Below, piece by piece: positions 1 to 12,350 of a stretch of DNA of 64,000 nt. A program made the translations under genes and the position numbers. The stretch is from Tubiluchus corallicola. Taxonomy: Eukaryota; Animalia; Priapulida. The stretch is from the NCBI GenBank assembly GCA_030141605.1, contig JAQGDQ010000017.1, forward strand, positions 248,001-312,000. Reading direction: 5' to 3'. The first letter of the stretch is position 1. Every line of letters starts with the position of its first letter. The notes under the pieces are model-generated. The model was not told the DNA's origin. It saw nothing but the letters and a program-made list of their open reading frames with translations, and searched no databases.

Positions 1-39
1 TTTGCTTAAGCCGACAAGTGGTCATAGTGTGTGCTTAGC

Positions 40-262
40 GATCGAAGTTAAGCAACATCGAGTCTGGTCAGTAAACAGATGATGACTGCCAACTGATGAG
101 TACTCTTTCCAACTGATTTCATTTTGCATGCTGATATTTCTACCCATGAGGATTGTATACTTGCATTTACATCTGGCCAGGACACCATTGCCAGTTTAGT
201 GTCTCATCTCATCTTTAGCCTTGCTCCCAGCATTACACCCCTGGGCTAAACTTTACTTTTCC
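40..262 (+). mobile_element. 5S rRNA-derived (SINE3-like) degenerate element
   Basis: GATCGAAGTTAAGCAACATCGAGTCTGGTCAGTA...GATGA resembles the internal promoter region of invertebrate 5S rRNA (GAAGTTAAGCA...GGTTAGTACTTGGATGGGTGACC); too degenerate for a functional 5S gene; 3' boundary approximate. Confidence 0.5.
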
Positions 263-1727
263 CCACACACAAGAAATTAGTTCGTGAAAGCGGATTAGGG
301 TAGGACTGGGGTTAGGGATAGGGTATTTAAATTGCGCCTTCCCACTCTTGGTATAAGAAAGATTCCGGCCCTGACACAACGAATCACGCCGCTTTTGAGT
401 GCTCTTGGCTCAATAGCCCGTTAATACCATAAACACCAAAGCTACAGACATTGAAGTGAACGCGCGTTATATTAAAATCACAGATTTAGGTGATGCGCGT
501 GCGCATGGTCTACATCTGTGATTGAAACGCTAACAGATGTATTGGTTATTGGTATGTGGCGACATCTCTCGCTAAAATGAGTGCACAATGGTTGCGTTAT
601 ACCAAAAATATAAATAGAATTTGAAAAGCCAAACTACTAGTTTATAGATTCATAATTCTCTGATAGGAAAGTTTAATAATTGTTGCAAAATTTAAGAACA
701 ATAAGGCTACAAGGGCTAGGCCAGATTATCCGGGCAAACATGAATTTATTACGTATGCAATGATTCTACAAACCGAAATTAATTAAACTTTAATACCAAG
801 CTGTCTTTTAAGTTTGGCATTAAGGTTTAATTAATCGGGTCTGTGACACTATTAATAATAATCTTACTAATAAGAGTATAACAGTTAGTTATAAATTTAT
901 TATAATGTATATACTGTATATAAATCATGTAGGCTTTATATTGCTTTAAGTGCAGTTTTACTTTTTAAAAAATGCAACAGTAAAACGAGTTGTCAGCCAG
1001 AAATTTGGGAAAATTAACACAACCACAAAAGCACAAGTCTCGGAAACAAAACGAAGTTATTGGAAGTCATCAAAACCGTTTTATTGTATTGTATCCTGAA
1101 TTAACATTTTCTCAACCTTTTATAACGTCTTTCATTTTTCATTTTTTTAACGACCTACTGTATATACATATGCACATTGCACAACCCACAGGCGTGCGCC
1201 CTTCCACAGTGAAGTGCGTGAGGGAGGTACTTCTTTGTGTTAAAGGCCAACTGGCGCCAAAAACTAGTATAATGGCAGAGAAAATAGGGCCTTTTTAATG
1301 AACTAAACAAGGTGTATCGCGCTTATGCATAATTACAATTGTCACGCGCTGTTCTACCAGCCCAAATGCCTTTGTGTAGCAAACGACCGCTCTGTGACCC
1401 TGCCGTTTTTCACCCTGATTATTGTGCAGACTTGTGAATTGCTTTTAAAATTTACAATTTCATTACCACTCAGATTAATTTTTCATTTGCTTGCATCGGG
1501 GACAATAATTAGGTACGAAGCAGACAATAAAATTGATTACAGACCTATGCGTTACAGATCCATTATCACTATTAACTATTTAAAAAACGCTTTGTTTTCT
1601 TAATAAATAAATTCCACGTAATAACTATATGTTACAAAGACATTGATTCTATGACAATAAATATGACATTCTAAATGACATATCCAGGCAATTGACCAGA
1701 AAAACTCAATAAACCAGCAAGCTATAA

Positions 1728-1755
1728 CTGCTACTGCTAACTGCTGCTGCTGCTG

Positions 1756-1790
<35 letters not shown>

Positions 1791-1880
1791 GCAACTACTA
1801 CTACTACTACTACTACTTACTACTAGGCCTATTACTACTACTCACTACTTCTACTTCTACTACTACTGCTACTACTACCA
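1728..1880. repeat. (CTG)n/(CTA)n trinucleotide microsatellite
   Basis: Direct reading: ctgctgctg...ctactactactac. Confidence 0.95.
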
Positions 1881-1889
1881 CTTTCGAGA

Positions 1890-2105
1890 AGTATAGCTGA
1901 ATGGCAGCATCTCGCTTTCCACTCAAGAGGTCACGGGTTCATTCCCGATCGAGTAATACCAAAGACTTAAAAAGTGGTGCCGCTGGATCTTTTGATTGAG
2001 CACGCGGGTTTATCGAAGTAACATAATGTGGATAATAATAACAATCGGGATTCGGGACCACATTGGAAACAAATATTGAGTTACTTTACGTGTTATCCCC
2101 GAAAT
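1890..2105 (+). mobile_element. tRNA-derived SINE (MetaSINE-like core)
   Basis: B-box GGTTCATTCCC followed by ACCAAAGACTTAAAAAGTGGT core; homologous copy in reverse orientation at 54594-54775. Confidence 0.7.
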
Positions 2106-5100
2106 ATACACTGCTACTATAATGCTGCCACTACTTTCAATACAGTCATCTTTGTTCTACACGTTACAGCATTCTGTATATTCACAGTTTGAGTTTAATG
2201 AGAAGAAAGCTACTCTAGCCTTTCTACTCTAACCACTGTGATAGTATACTAGGACTTTGTTTCGATTTCCCGCCCGTTCTCACTGGGGGATGGGGGCGGG
2301 TTTCGCGTGTCATCACTGCCAGCAATCAGGGAAAGCCACTCTTTCACGTCGCCTCCGAGCCTTTGTTTATTGTATAGCCAGACAAATCTTTTCATCCCTG
2401 CGCTGTCAAGAAGATATCCTTCCTTAAACGACCTGGCGTGGCAGCAGCGATTCCCCAGGGAGAGAGCAATACAAAACTGGTCCACTCTCTCTCTATGATG
2501 ACTGTATCCCCTTTTAGAGATCTACAGTTTACTATCATTCATTTTTTGAATAACAAACTGCGTTTTTTCGACACCCGTGGGTTCGCCTGCCACATTATTA
2601 TAATCGCGTGTGCCTGTCTAATTAGACTGAATATGCTTGGTCGTTGAACCTGGCCGGTTTTTACGACTTAACGCTCTGGCGGAATCAGCTTTTATGTTGC
2701 GGAGAGGGGTGTGGATCCATACCTGAAAAACGCGCTAGTAAAATCGTCGCCTAGATAACGGGTGGGGGTGTGTGTGGATTTTTTAAGTCAAAGTAGTGAT
2801 GTGGAGTAGTGAAATGGATGTCCCTATAATCGAGAAAACGATATACATGTAGCAACATCAGCTCTGGTGAGAAAGGGTAACTGGATACTTTTTTGTGTAA
2901 AAAAGCAATTTCTCCAAAATATCGCGACTTATTTATAGGAAAAGGAAACCACTGTGTGTTCAGACACCGCACAATTTGCTAAAAATTAATTGTTTAATTG
3001 ATTAAAGTGAACTAAATTAAAACCATCTTATTTATATTCCAAAAGGCAAGGCAGAAGTTTCTTCGGCTTGTCTTTATATTTTACCAGCTTTCGAAAGTAG
3101 AAGTCACATCAAAACATTCGTGGAATATTCTAGACTACAAGCAATACTTTGGACTTACATACATTGTAAACAAATATGTACTGTTCACTATTATTCAGTA
3201 TACGCAGCCAAAACCTCACTTAGTTTTTCTCTAGTCATCTAATTTTCATCTAGTCATTTAGTTTTCATCTAGTTGTTAATATCACAGGCTGTTTCCTTTT
3301 CAGTGAGCTGCATAGAATGTTCTCGAATTTGCAACACCCTCCCCCGAACACCCTCATAGAACTGCCCAGACACAGTGGATAAAGAAGGCAGACGACAGTT
3401 GAATTGTGAAAAGCCAAGCCTTTGCGAGGGAACGCTATACACATGAATGCATTACGTATGGCTGGGTGCTTCAGGACGTATTTATGCCCTTTTACTAGGG
3501 CAGCCTGAAAGGGAAAGCGCCAGGGAGGGAAAAGGAGAGGAGAGAGAGAAAGAGAGGAAAAACCCAAAGTTGCTTAAACACCTTCTGCAATAGCGATGTT
3601 ACTGCATTCCTAGATGGCACAAAAATACCTTCCAATTTCCTAAAAATAATTTTTCCTTTGTAATTTTACATACGACGGTAACGTATCATTTACAAATGAT
3701 AAGAAGCGACTCGTTTCACAATCTCTGGTTTTCCCACATTACTTGTTCCATTCATTCACATATTGATTATTTGCTTTGTGCTGTTTGGACACCCAACTGT
3801 CAGTTTAGGTGCCCAAACCCACAGTTTATCTGCCGGAGCGAGTCTTTGTGTAGTGACACAGCTAGTTTCTTTGCTCTTTCCGCAGGATGTCTGAAAATGT
3901 CTTTTTTATCAGAAGACAAAGAAAAACGATTATTGTGTGGCATATTACTGTATGCACAGTTGGACTGTGAACAAAGCTTGAACCAAAAATGTTTTATATG
4001 ACATCCCTTATAGGTATGTCTTTATGACACCAACCCACAGTTTCATGGTAGTATCAGCTACAGTATAAACAAAAGAATTTTCCAAACAACAAAAATCAAA
4101 TACTGTATATAAAACCATTGTTTAGTTTCTTGCAAGTACAAAAAAATTCAGTGAACAATACATAATATGTGTAACTCAAGTTTTTAGCTTCTCAATGATA
4201 AAATATTAGTCTCATAGGAAAGCAACGTCAGATTGAAGTGTTCAGGTGGCAGAATCAATCCACTTTTTCATAAAATTAAATGGATGGTGTAAGAAACATT
4301 TATATTAAATGCTTACATACACAGAAATGAACTGATGGAAATTCAACACAAAAACTGGTTCAGAGAAAAGATGTTCACATAATCACTGAAACTGTATTGC
4401 ATTAGTTCGTTTATGTAACTTGCTTAAACTACCATAGAAGTGCAGTTAACGTAATTTATACAAATATGAACAGTGTCCTAACAGGTCCCTCTAATAACTA
4501 AAATAATACAGTTTGATACTAGCATGAATGAATATTTAGTTTTGTAAATTATAACAAAGACATTTTTTTTCAAACTTAAAGCTTCACTTTTCAAATTCAG
4601 TACTAAGATACTTTTTTGGCTTGCACCATCAGACATTTTACTGTAACAATAATATACCTTCCTGCCAAGTGCCAAGATTCTAACAAAACTGAAGCGAAAA
4701 GACGTAGTGCCAACTTTTTTGACTTGCCACCATAATAGTAATAATTTTGAAAGCTCTAGACATAGTTAATTTCACATTGCAATTCAAATTATGTAAAACA
4801 ACAGACAGCTGGTTTTGTATAACATCTTATAGAAAATCTTATAGGCATTTGTTTGGCAATTACAGCTACCATATTCTCTACAATGTTGTTACGAAAGGAC
4901 AAAAATTGGCTCAAAAAACTATATTTTGCCAAGCAAACAGTAAGTTAACAACAAAAAACAAATACGTTTAACTAGCTACAAATTGACAAAGTCCTTAACC
5001 CATATTGCCAATATACAATGGTAAAGAAAATCAAACAGCACCTGCCAAATGGCTACAGCTGTGTGGAAAGTATAAAGAGTGTTAATTAAATGACAAAGAA

Positions 5101-5888
5101 AACTCAAATAAAAACAATAATCATCAATATTCACTGTTAAGGTGGTTGATCTCAACACAGACTAACAAATTTGTTAAAATATAAAGCTACATCGCTACAA
5201 TAGGTTTTAGTATGTGCTAAAATGATCTAAATCATACAAACAAACACCCTGTCAAACATCAACAACTTCTCCATTAACAATATATGTAACGTATGTCGTC
5301 ATGCACTAAAGATGAACACACCTTAAGTGTGCCATATTATTTATTCAATCGTGCACTTTAGTAATTCGTATCTAGGTGGCCTCTTTGGCAAATTTACAAG
5401 CCAAGTTGCAGTTTAATCCTTGGCACCAATATTATATATTAAGTTATTAACAGTCTATGTGCATAGTAGTATCTATAGATAAGCTTACGGTACATGTGAT
5501 ATATCAATCACAATATTGCACTTTGTGTAGCTAGCAGTCCCTCTCTCGCTTATGTCAAAACAGGGAATGTTGGGCACACATTCTAGAAAAATTATTGCTC
5601 AAGCTTAGAAGTTGACATTAATATTGTTTTTTATAAAATTGCCAGGGAACGTTAAAGATTGCAAATATTTAATACATAAATGTGTAGCAAAATTTTGTTC
5701 AATGAGTAGCTCTATAATGAATGCAAAGTCATAGATCGAAATTTATATAAAAAAAACTCCTGTAACACAAACAAGTAAACAAAACAGATGAATGAAAGAG
5801 TAATGCAGAGTAAAATAGCAAAATACTGATCATTAATGCATATATGAGTAACAAAAGTACAAAACTTGGAAGTTAAAATAAACAGATA

Positions 5889-7808
5889 TCAAAATTTGAG
5901 ACCAGGTCTTGCAGAAAGCCGTGATCTCTCGCCGCTCCAGGACTTCGATTTCGCTTTGAAGTGCCGTAGCTCATCCTCGTAACCCTTGTTATTCATTGGG
6001 AGGTATGTCTGAGGATCACAGTGGACTTTATGTTTTGCGTAGAATGCCTTGTAGCCACCCTCTAACAAGTAAAGCTCGGGATAGTACAAATCTGGGTAGT
6101 GCTCTTTGTTGGCTTCCCGGTCCTTGTTCCGCAAGAAGCGATAGAGTTTGGGCCCGCGTTCCGACGAGAATTCGCAATGAAAAACAATAACCAGCCTCTT
6201 GTTTGAATCAACAGGTCTTACAATTTTATCAGGCGAAGACAAAAACATGTCAATCATGTGGTCTTTGGTAAATAAATTGAAGGCACCCTTAATATGTCCG
6301 CCTTTGTATTCATACGGAAATCGAGCATCTACAATTATATATCGTTCAACTAAACTATCATAATCATTGTTCATGAGGCTTACAAGTGTTTCGGGTGAAA
6401 TGGACTTCAGATCTCGATGTTTGCCAGCCATGAGAGGCAATGCATATGTCTTAGTGAAATCTCCTATCAAATCCGGCTCCTCGGCACAGCGTTGCAATGC
6501 TTGCTTTATGGCTACTTCCGTCTCGGAATGACACCTTTGTAGTATTGACGCTGACTGCAAATGTGTTTTACTTTTATGGATGAAGTTAACCAAATTTCCA
6601 GACGGGCCATCGACACAGACACTCCGTCGTCTCTTGTTAGATACAGGACTGTTGTAATCTCGCGGTGGGTCAGGTCGTTTGAAAGAAGTAGATCGCACTA
6701 AGCATAGGGGGCGATTTTGAGGTTCAGGTGCACTTGGTGATCGGAATAAACCACGACAAGCAGGACGTGTTGCAAATCCTTTAGGAGTCTCATTTTCTTG
6801 ATCTCCCTCATGTTCCATTATAGAAAGATCACCTTCGCTGCTGCTATGGGATACCATGCTTTTTAGAACGGGTGCAGTTAATAGACTGTGCATTGTGTTA
6901 GAAACTGACGATCCTTCATCAGATTCACTATTCAAAATCTCCAGGAAACCATCATCTTCATCTCTGTCTGTGCTAGTCAGCGTGGAAAAACGAAGAGAAC
7001 TTGCCTCTTCTTCGAGTGTCTGTCCATCCATAGTAAATATTGCAGACCTTGCAGATGCTGATGTTTCTTTGATAGGAGGCTCCAAATTTGCATTTTCGTT
7101 GTGAAAAATGGAACAGATGTCTTCACTGCAACAGTTTTCTTTTGGTTCCATTCCAAGGCCACTATCTTGTGAATCTGAATCTATTAATTGTTCAGACGAA
7201 GGGATAGTTGGTAGTGCTTTGCTTAACGGATGGCAAAGATCCAACTGCCGCTTTGGGGATAATAGTGGCCGTTTCAGTGGAGATTTCGGCAGCATACTTA
7301 GTGGCCATAGCCTTGAATTTTCTTTCCCATCGGCTTCAAATGAGCTTTTTTTAATGTCGCTCTTCACGGGCATGGAGTTAACACGACGGAAAGGCACACG
7401 GGGTTGCCTTTCACTACAACTGTTAGGAAACTGAAAATTTTTGAATTGAAATGATGGTGAATCAACTAAGGTTGGAGATTCTAAAGTAACAGCCGAAGTC
7501 CGCCGATGAAGAAAAAAGGCGTTGTTGGCTTCAGAAGCTGCCGGTGATTCTTCGGTTAGCAAGAGAGAGAGTTTGCATTTTGGTGTTGAAATATTGCCAT
7601 TTGGAGTTTTCTTGCGAACTCCTGCATCTGAATGTGTGCTCAGACTACCCAAGTTGAGAGCCAAATCAGTCATTGGAGATAAAACTCCCGATGCAGTAGA
7701 ACTTCTTATTTGCTGATTTGCATTCAGTTTGAGTAGCGGTAAAGGACGTAAGCCTCTGGTGTCCATTTTCTCTGGATTGCTTAATTTTTGAGTCTTCTCT
7801 GTTGCCAT
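5889..7808 (-). CDS. CDC25: M-phase inducer phosphatase CDC25 (string-like), single-exon CDS, 639 aa
   Basis: Rhodanese-fold catalytic domain with IVDARFPYEYKGGHIKGA and active site HCEFSSERG (HCX5R), YPELYLLEGGY; regulatory N-terminus with KEN boxes, DSG and DDGFLE degrons, GLFRSPSAP 14-3-3-type site, KRRR NLS. Confidence 0.97.
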   Translation of the reverse strand: MATEKTQKLSNPEKMDTRGLRPLPLLKLNANQQIRSSTASGVLSPMTDLALNLGSLSTHSDAGVRKKTPNGNISTPKCKLSLLLTEESPAASEANNAFFLHRRTSAVTLESPTLVDSPSFQFKNFQFPNSCSERQPRVPFRRVNSMPVKSDIKKSSFEADGKENSRLWPLSMLPKSPLKRPLLSPKRQLDLCHPLSKALPTIPSSEQLIDSDSQDSGLGMEPKENCCSEDICSIFHNENANLEPPIKETSASARSAIFTMDGQTLEEEASSLRFSTLTSTDRDEDDGFLEILNSESDEGSSVSNTMHSLLTAPVLKSMVSHSSSEGDLSIMEHEGDQENETPKGFATRPACRGLFRSPSAPEPQNRPLCLVRSTSFKRPDPPRDYNSPVSNKRRRSVCVDGPSGNLVNFIHKSKTHLQSASILQRCHSETEVAIKQALQRCAEEPDLIGDFTKTYALPLMAGKHRDLKSISPETLVSLMNNDYDSLVERYIIVDARFPYEYKGGHIKGAFNLFTKDHMIDMFLSSPDKIVRPVDSNKRLVIVFHCEFSSERGPKLYRFLRNKDREANKEHYPDLYYPELYLLEGGYKAFYAKHKVHCDPQTYLPMNNKGYEDELRHFKAKSKSWSGERSRLSARPGLKF

Positions 7809-7898
7809 TATGAAGCTGAAAAAACTGTCTCTGGTTTTCTATATGCACAGCTTCTATGCTAAATCATCTGTGAGAGGATTTCCAAAAGCCTATAACAT

Positions 7899-8249
7899 CT
7901 AAAAGAACAAAAACTTGATTTTGAGAGTTATTAATCTTATTATAACCTTATTTTAAAGAGTGCGGAATAATTTTTACACTTTTAGTCTTCACTGCAAAAA
8001 ACCTTTGTGGCTTAAGTAAAATTTTGTGCCATCTCATCGTCATATCACTGCATGACAATTGTAACAATCACGCAATTTGACCGTAAATACAGTGAACTCA
8101 ATTATTACTCAACACGTAAGTTTCTAGGAACGTCATAATACTATAGTTTGCGCGGTGAAAACTTCCAAATGAAATACATTATCATCGCTGTCCACCGAAG
8201 CAAGATTGGTAAAATGCAAGCGCCTTAGTAACGTTAAATAATTACTTAC
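7899..8249 (-). other. CDC25: Probable CDC25 5'UTR intron
   Basis: Minus-strand donor TG|GTAAGT at 8249 and acceptor TTGTTCTTTTAG| at 7899, 90 nt upstream of the ATG. Confidence 0.6.
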
Positions 8250-8519
8250 CACAAAAAGCGACTAAAGCTCCCATTGTGAAGCCGGTAAGTCTTGCTGCTA
8301 CGCAGTACTCAGTGATAAACCGCCCTATATGCCTAGGCAAATTCAACTAAGACAGCAAAGTTCGCCCAACAATGAGCATAAAAACGAGCCTTGAGATTTC
8401 CTCAAAAATATAAACTACCAATGCTCATTTCTGTGCCAAAATAAAAGGTTTAAAGTTTTTGAAGTACTTTGATAATCAAAATTATAAGTTTCTTTCGCGT
8501 CTTTGTCAATATCACAAGT

Positions 8520-8680
8520 ACATTTTGAATTTGGTAACTTCTCAAAGATGTATGGAGCTGCGCGCGTGCCAATACAAACTGAGTGACCGAACGATGAACC
8601 TTCTCCAACAGTGGCGATCAAGCGCCCTCTAACAGTATCTTTGAAAACAGGTTTCTCTGCTGGCAGTTGGGATTGGCCAG
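8520..8680 (-). promoter_or_regulatory. Putative CDC25 promoter with CCAAT boxes, CHR-like TTTGAA and GC-rich CGCGCG element
   Basis: CCAAT near 8569, ATTGG near 8672, TTTGAA near 8524 and 8640, GCGCGCG near 8560; this arrangement resembles G2/M cell-cycle promoters, but the motifs are short. Confidence 0.35.
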
Positions 8681-9410
8681 TACGAATGCTTTTCGAGAGT
8701 CACTTATAGTTCTTTTTAACTCATGAATTCGAAATAATTTACTTATATAGGAAAGGTACGAAATTAAGACAGCATAATCATAAAAACTACAGCAACAGTG
8801 TTTAATCATGTTGATAGATTTTTTTTAAATAAATTGTTAAATATATAAGCCTATATCACGACTATAATAAGTGCTTGTCCTACCACTGTCAGCATGGGTA
8901 ACAGACACGCATTCACACAATAGCTATACTAGGTAGACATATGTACGTAACAAGTCAGTTAGTTAGACTTAGTTAATCAGTCAGTTAGTTAGTTAATAAG
9001 TAGAATATCAATCGATCAGACAGCTGATCACACACAACCATGTTCAACTGACTGATCAATAAATTATAGACTATGCAACCAAACAATTAACAGTCACTCA
9101 TTAAAAATGTTTGCATGTTTAATCAGTTGAGTACACATACTCATATTATTACTATAATTTTGTATTTTCCAAAGTTTAGCCTGAAAGATCGCACTGCTTA
9201 ATTACCAACACAAGAATTGGTAAGCTAGAGTGGATTAAGTGTCATCAGTATTGCGTGCTTATTATTCATAAATTCTTAATAGTAATATAATTCATTTTTA
9301 GAGGAAAGAACAAGTTACTCAGCATGTTGGGTTGATTTTACTGCTGTCATTTGAACTTAGAAAAATATAACAGAGAAATTTGCAAAAAGCAGCCTATATA
9401 TACCACCGTA

Positions 9411-9795
9411 TAGAATTTCTCAGGTGTAGTGGAAGCTGCTATTCACTTCAAAATTATGATGCTATTAGTGGACTTCGTGGCTTTCGTCGTGGATTTCCAT
9501 AAGTGTTCATGCAGTGCTCACTGCTTAACTTCAAACTTTTGTAGCTTACGAACATTTGACGGAAATTGACAGTGGAGCTGGTTTTCTTGAGTCGACGTAA
9601 TTAGTGGAACCTAGAATGGGCGTTCAAAGTTGGAGTGCCCATGCATATGAGAAATATTGCGATCTTAACGTGATTTTACTAACTATTACACTAGGCGCTT
9701 GCCACACTTTTATGACTATATAAATGCCTCTAACATTTTTCGCAAACATTAAAATAAGCCTAACTCAATTTCCAGAAGGCTTGGTCTTTCCTGAA
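9411..9795 (+). repeat. Dispersed repeat family A copy
   Basis: Shares AGAAxTTTCAGGTGT...TTCACTT start with 39121 and a 3' part (GCGCCCAAGC...TTACACGAGGC...TAACATTTTT...AATAAGCCTAAC...CTTGG) with 25021-25183, 39360-39480 and 50331-50480. Confidence 0.6.
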
Positions 9796-11399
9796 TCTTA
9801 ATGGTGAGACACAAATGTTCTTAATTTAATAAATTTTGTGTTTATTGGTTCAGATGAAAAATCGAGTAACATATGTAGGACGAGTGTATTGACGACTTTT
9901 TTGTTTCGTTTTTTATAATAATTACGATAACAAAAACAATTCACTTGTACTTATGTGTCTTGGGTTACATCATATACCTGGATTGATTTACCTGCGCCAA
10001 TTTAAATTTGAACAAACTGATTATTTTTATAGAATACATGTGTATAGGCATTTGAAATAAAAAATTATAAGTATTGAGTAACACATGTGACACATTGAGT
10101 GTTGTATAAAATTAAAAACATTTTAATTAAATTTGGAAACCAACTACACAATAAAAAATTAGTAATACTTTAATTAATTCTCTCAACTTCTCAATGCAGA
10201 TACTCAAATTTTTCTCGACTGGTGCATTATTGGACACTATTTTCAAACACGATTTAACACAACGTATGGCTTAAATCCTTACAGCACAATGGAGGTATTT
10301 TGTTGAATAGTGTACCCAATACAATCCTTTCCTCTCCTTCTTTAAAAATAGCTACCAAACAATATGAGATATTTTTACTTAGTAAATATTCAATGGCGTA
10401 GAAAACCAGAGGTTTTTTTCTCTTTTTTGTGCACGTGTGTCTTTTTGCACTAATCTTTTTCTTTTACTAATAGGTACCTTTACGACATTGTTACTTTATT
10501 AATAAAAGGTATAAAGCAATTAAAATGAAATTATTCATTCATCGCAGCCTATATCTGTATCTGTTTCCACTTGGAAAAAGCTCTTAGCTTATAGCCAGCA
10601 AATACCAGTGATACCAAAAATTTTGAATGTATTATTGTAACAATAATTTGGCGAAAGAATCACTAATATTCATATAATTTGCCACCCCCTCACCATAGCC
10701 CATTTTAATAGTTATAATGGCTACATTACTACCATCAATTATATTTAAATGTCCTATACAATTATAGTTATTACTATAAGTATAATGTATAATTTAATTT
10801 CTTCTCCCCCACTTAAATTTGAGTATATATATATATATATATATGTATATCATTGTATACACAAGTAAGCAATATGGTGCATTGTAATACAAGTAAGTGG
10901 TACATTGGCAGATAATCACATAATTCATATTCATAACTATTTAAAAAAAATTTCACTCTTTAAGGCTCACTCAAAATCATAATTACATATTATGTTTTCC
11001 TTTCTTAACTTTCAGGTTTATTGCTCTTATACCATTGCTAATATTACATCATTTACTTCATCCTTAATTACATTAAGTTATCTACAGAAGCACGCATAAC
11101 TCAAATCATTTTATTTAAAGTTTATTAATGTGTATGATATTGTATTTTGATGTGTGAAAATAAATTCATAGTTCATATAAAAAATTAAATAATTTTGTAC
11201 GCCAAGAGCTGGGGAAGTGCTGGTACTTGTCTTGCACAAAGTAGATATAACATTGATGATCAGAAACTAAATTGCAAAAAAAAGAAATAAGAAATGTTTT
11301 TACAATTAAGTACAACATTTCCCTTGGGAAAGTAAGCTAACGGAAGCTGCAGAATGCTGATCACAGTAAATGACAAGATGACAGCAGCTGACTGACGGA

Positions 11400-11432
11400 A
11401 TGACGACGAAATTCAATAGAAAAGACAGAAGT
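11400..11432 (+). CDS. APEH: Possible upstream first coding exon of APEH (MTTKFNRKDRS)
   Basis: ATG at 11400, 11 open codons, strong donor |GTAAGT at 11433 in phase 0, compatible with acceptor TTTTTCAG|ATG at 12111. Confidence 0.4.
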
Positions 11433-12111
11433 GTAAGTCATAGTAGACTTACTTCAGGATGATTTCCCATGTTGGCTGACGCTGTCACTGTTAGAGTTAA
11501 AGTTTTTGCTAATATTTTGGATTTTCAGTTTTCAGTGCATTTGTCATCTTTTTTTGGCTGTCAAAGCCGACCATTTTGGAAACTGTTTTCTGGTTGTTCA
11601 TAGTAAATCATTTACTCTTAAAGGTAATTGATGACAGTAGTCGTAGTACGTGAAAATAATGCCTTAACTTAAGTTTATCTAGTGCGAATTATTTTCTGTC
11701 AACTGTTGTAATGCTGAGTGTAACAAATGCTCTCCTCAAGAGGAGAAATCTATAGTCTCGCTCCTTTCGTAGAGGTTGGCATCACTTCTAGGGAAGCCTT
11801 GTGTAGAGTGGCCTCTATTTAGCCTGCTGTGCATTAGTTTCACTGAGTGACATCCTATTTACTTGGCATGGGACACAGTAATAAGCTGTTTGTGATTTAT
11901 TTTCTGTCTTGTCATTCTTTTGATTGTGTTGAGTATGTCAGCTTAAACTACATCAAAAGAAATTTATGACGAGCTACATCACCGTTTATAAGCCATCTAA
12001 ACAGTAAGACCTATTTCCTTTACAGTGATTATCTAAGTTATAGGATCCAGGTCGTTACACTGTTACGTCGACCTCCTTTTAAAATGATAACAGAAATTAG
12101 TTATTTTTCAG

Positions 12112-12350
12112 ATGAACAGCTTTGCTACTCTGTATGAAGAATTAGCCCGGTATCCCTCTCCTGACACTGCAACCATTGCTGGAGATGGTGAGGCGGGCTT
12201 TATGACCGTCCACTCAGAGTGGAAACAGCGTGATGTGCAAATTCCAGACTCGGAGACTATTAAGTTTTCTCGTACTCAAGTATTGCAGATGATTCCTGAA
12301 CTCGGACCTCAAGTTGTGGTTGAGTCTGGTCTTCATGAGATCGACAATGA
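12112..12350 (+). CDS. APEH: APEH exon 1
   Basis: MNSFATLYEEL...SEWKQRD...HEIDNE; donor |GTTAGT. Confidence 0.8.

Noticed and set aside
5996-7848. Short ORFs overlapping CDC25 in other frames or strands
   Set aside because: Shadow ORFs of a real CDS; no recognisable motifs
11726-11860. Hairpin suggesting an H/ACA snoRNA upstream of APEH exon 1
   Set aside because: A first stem is plausible but no ANANNA H-box follows it; unsupported without a covariance-model search
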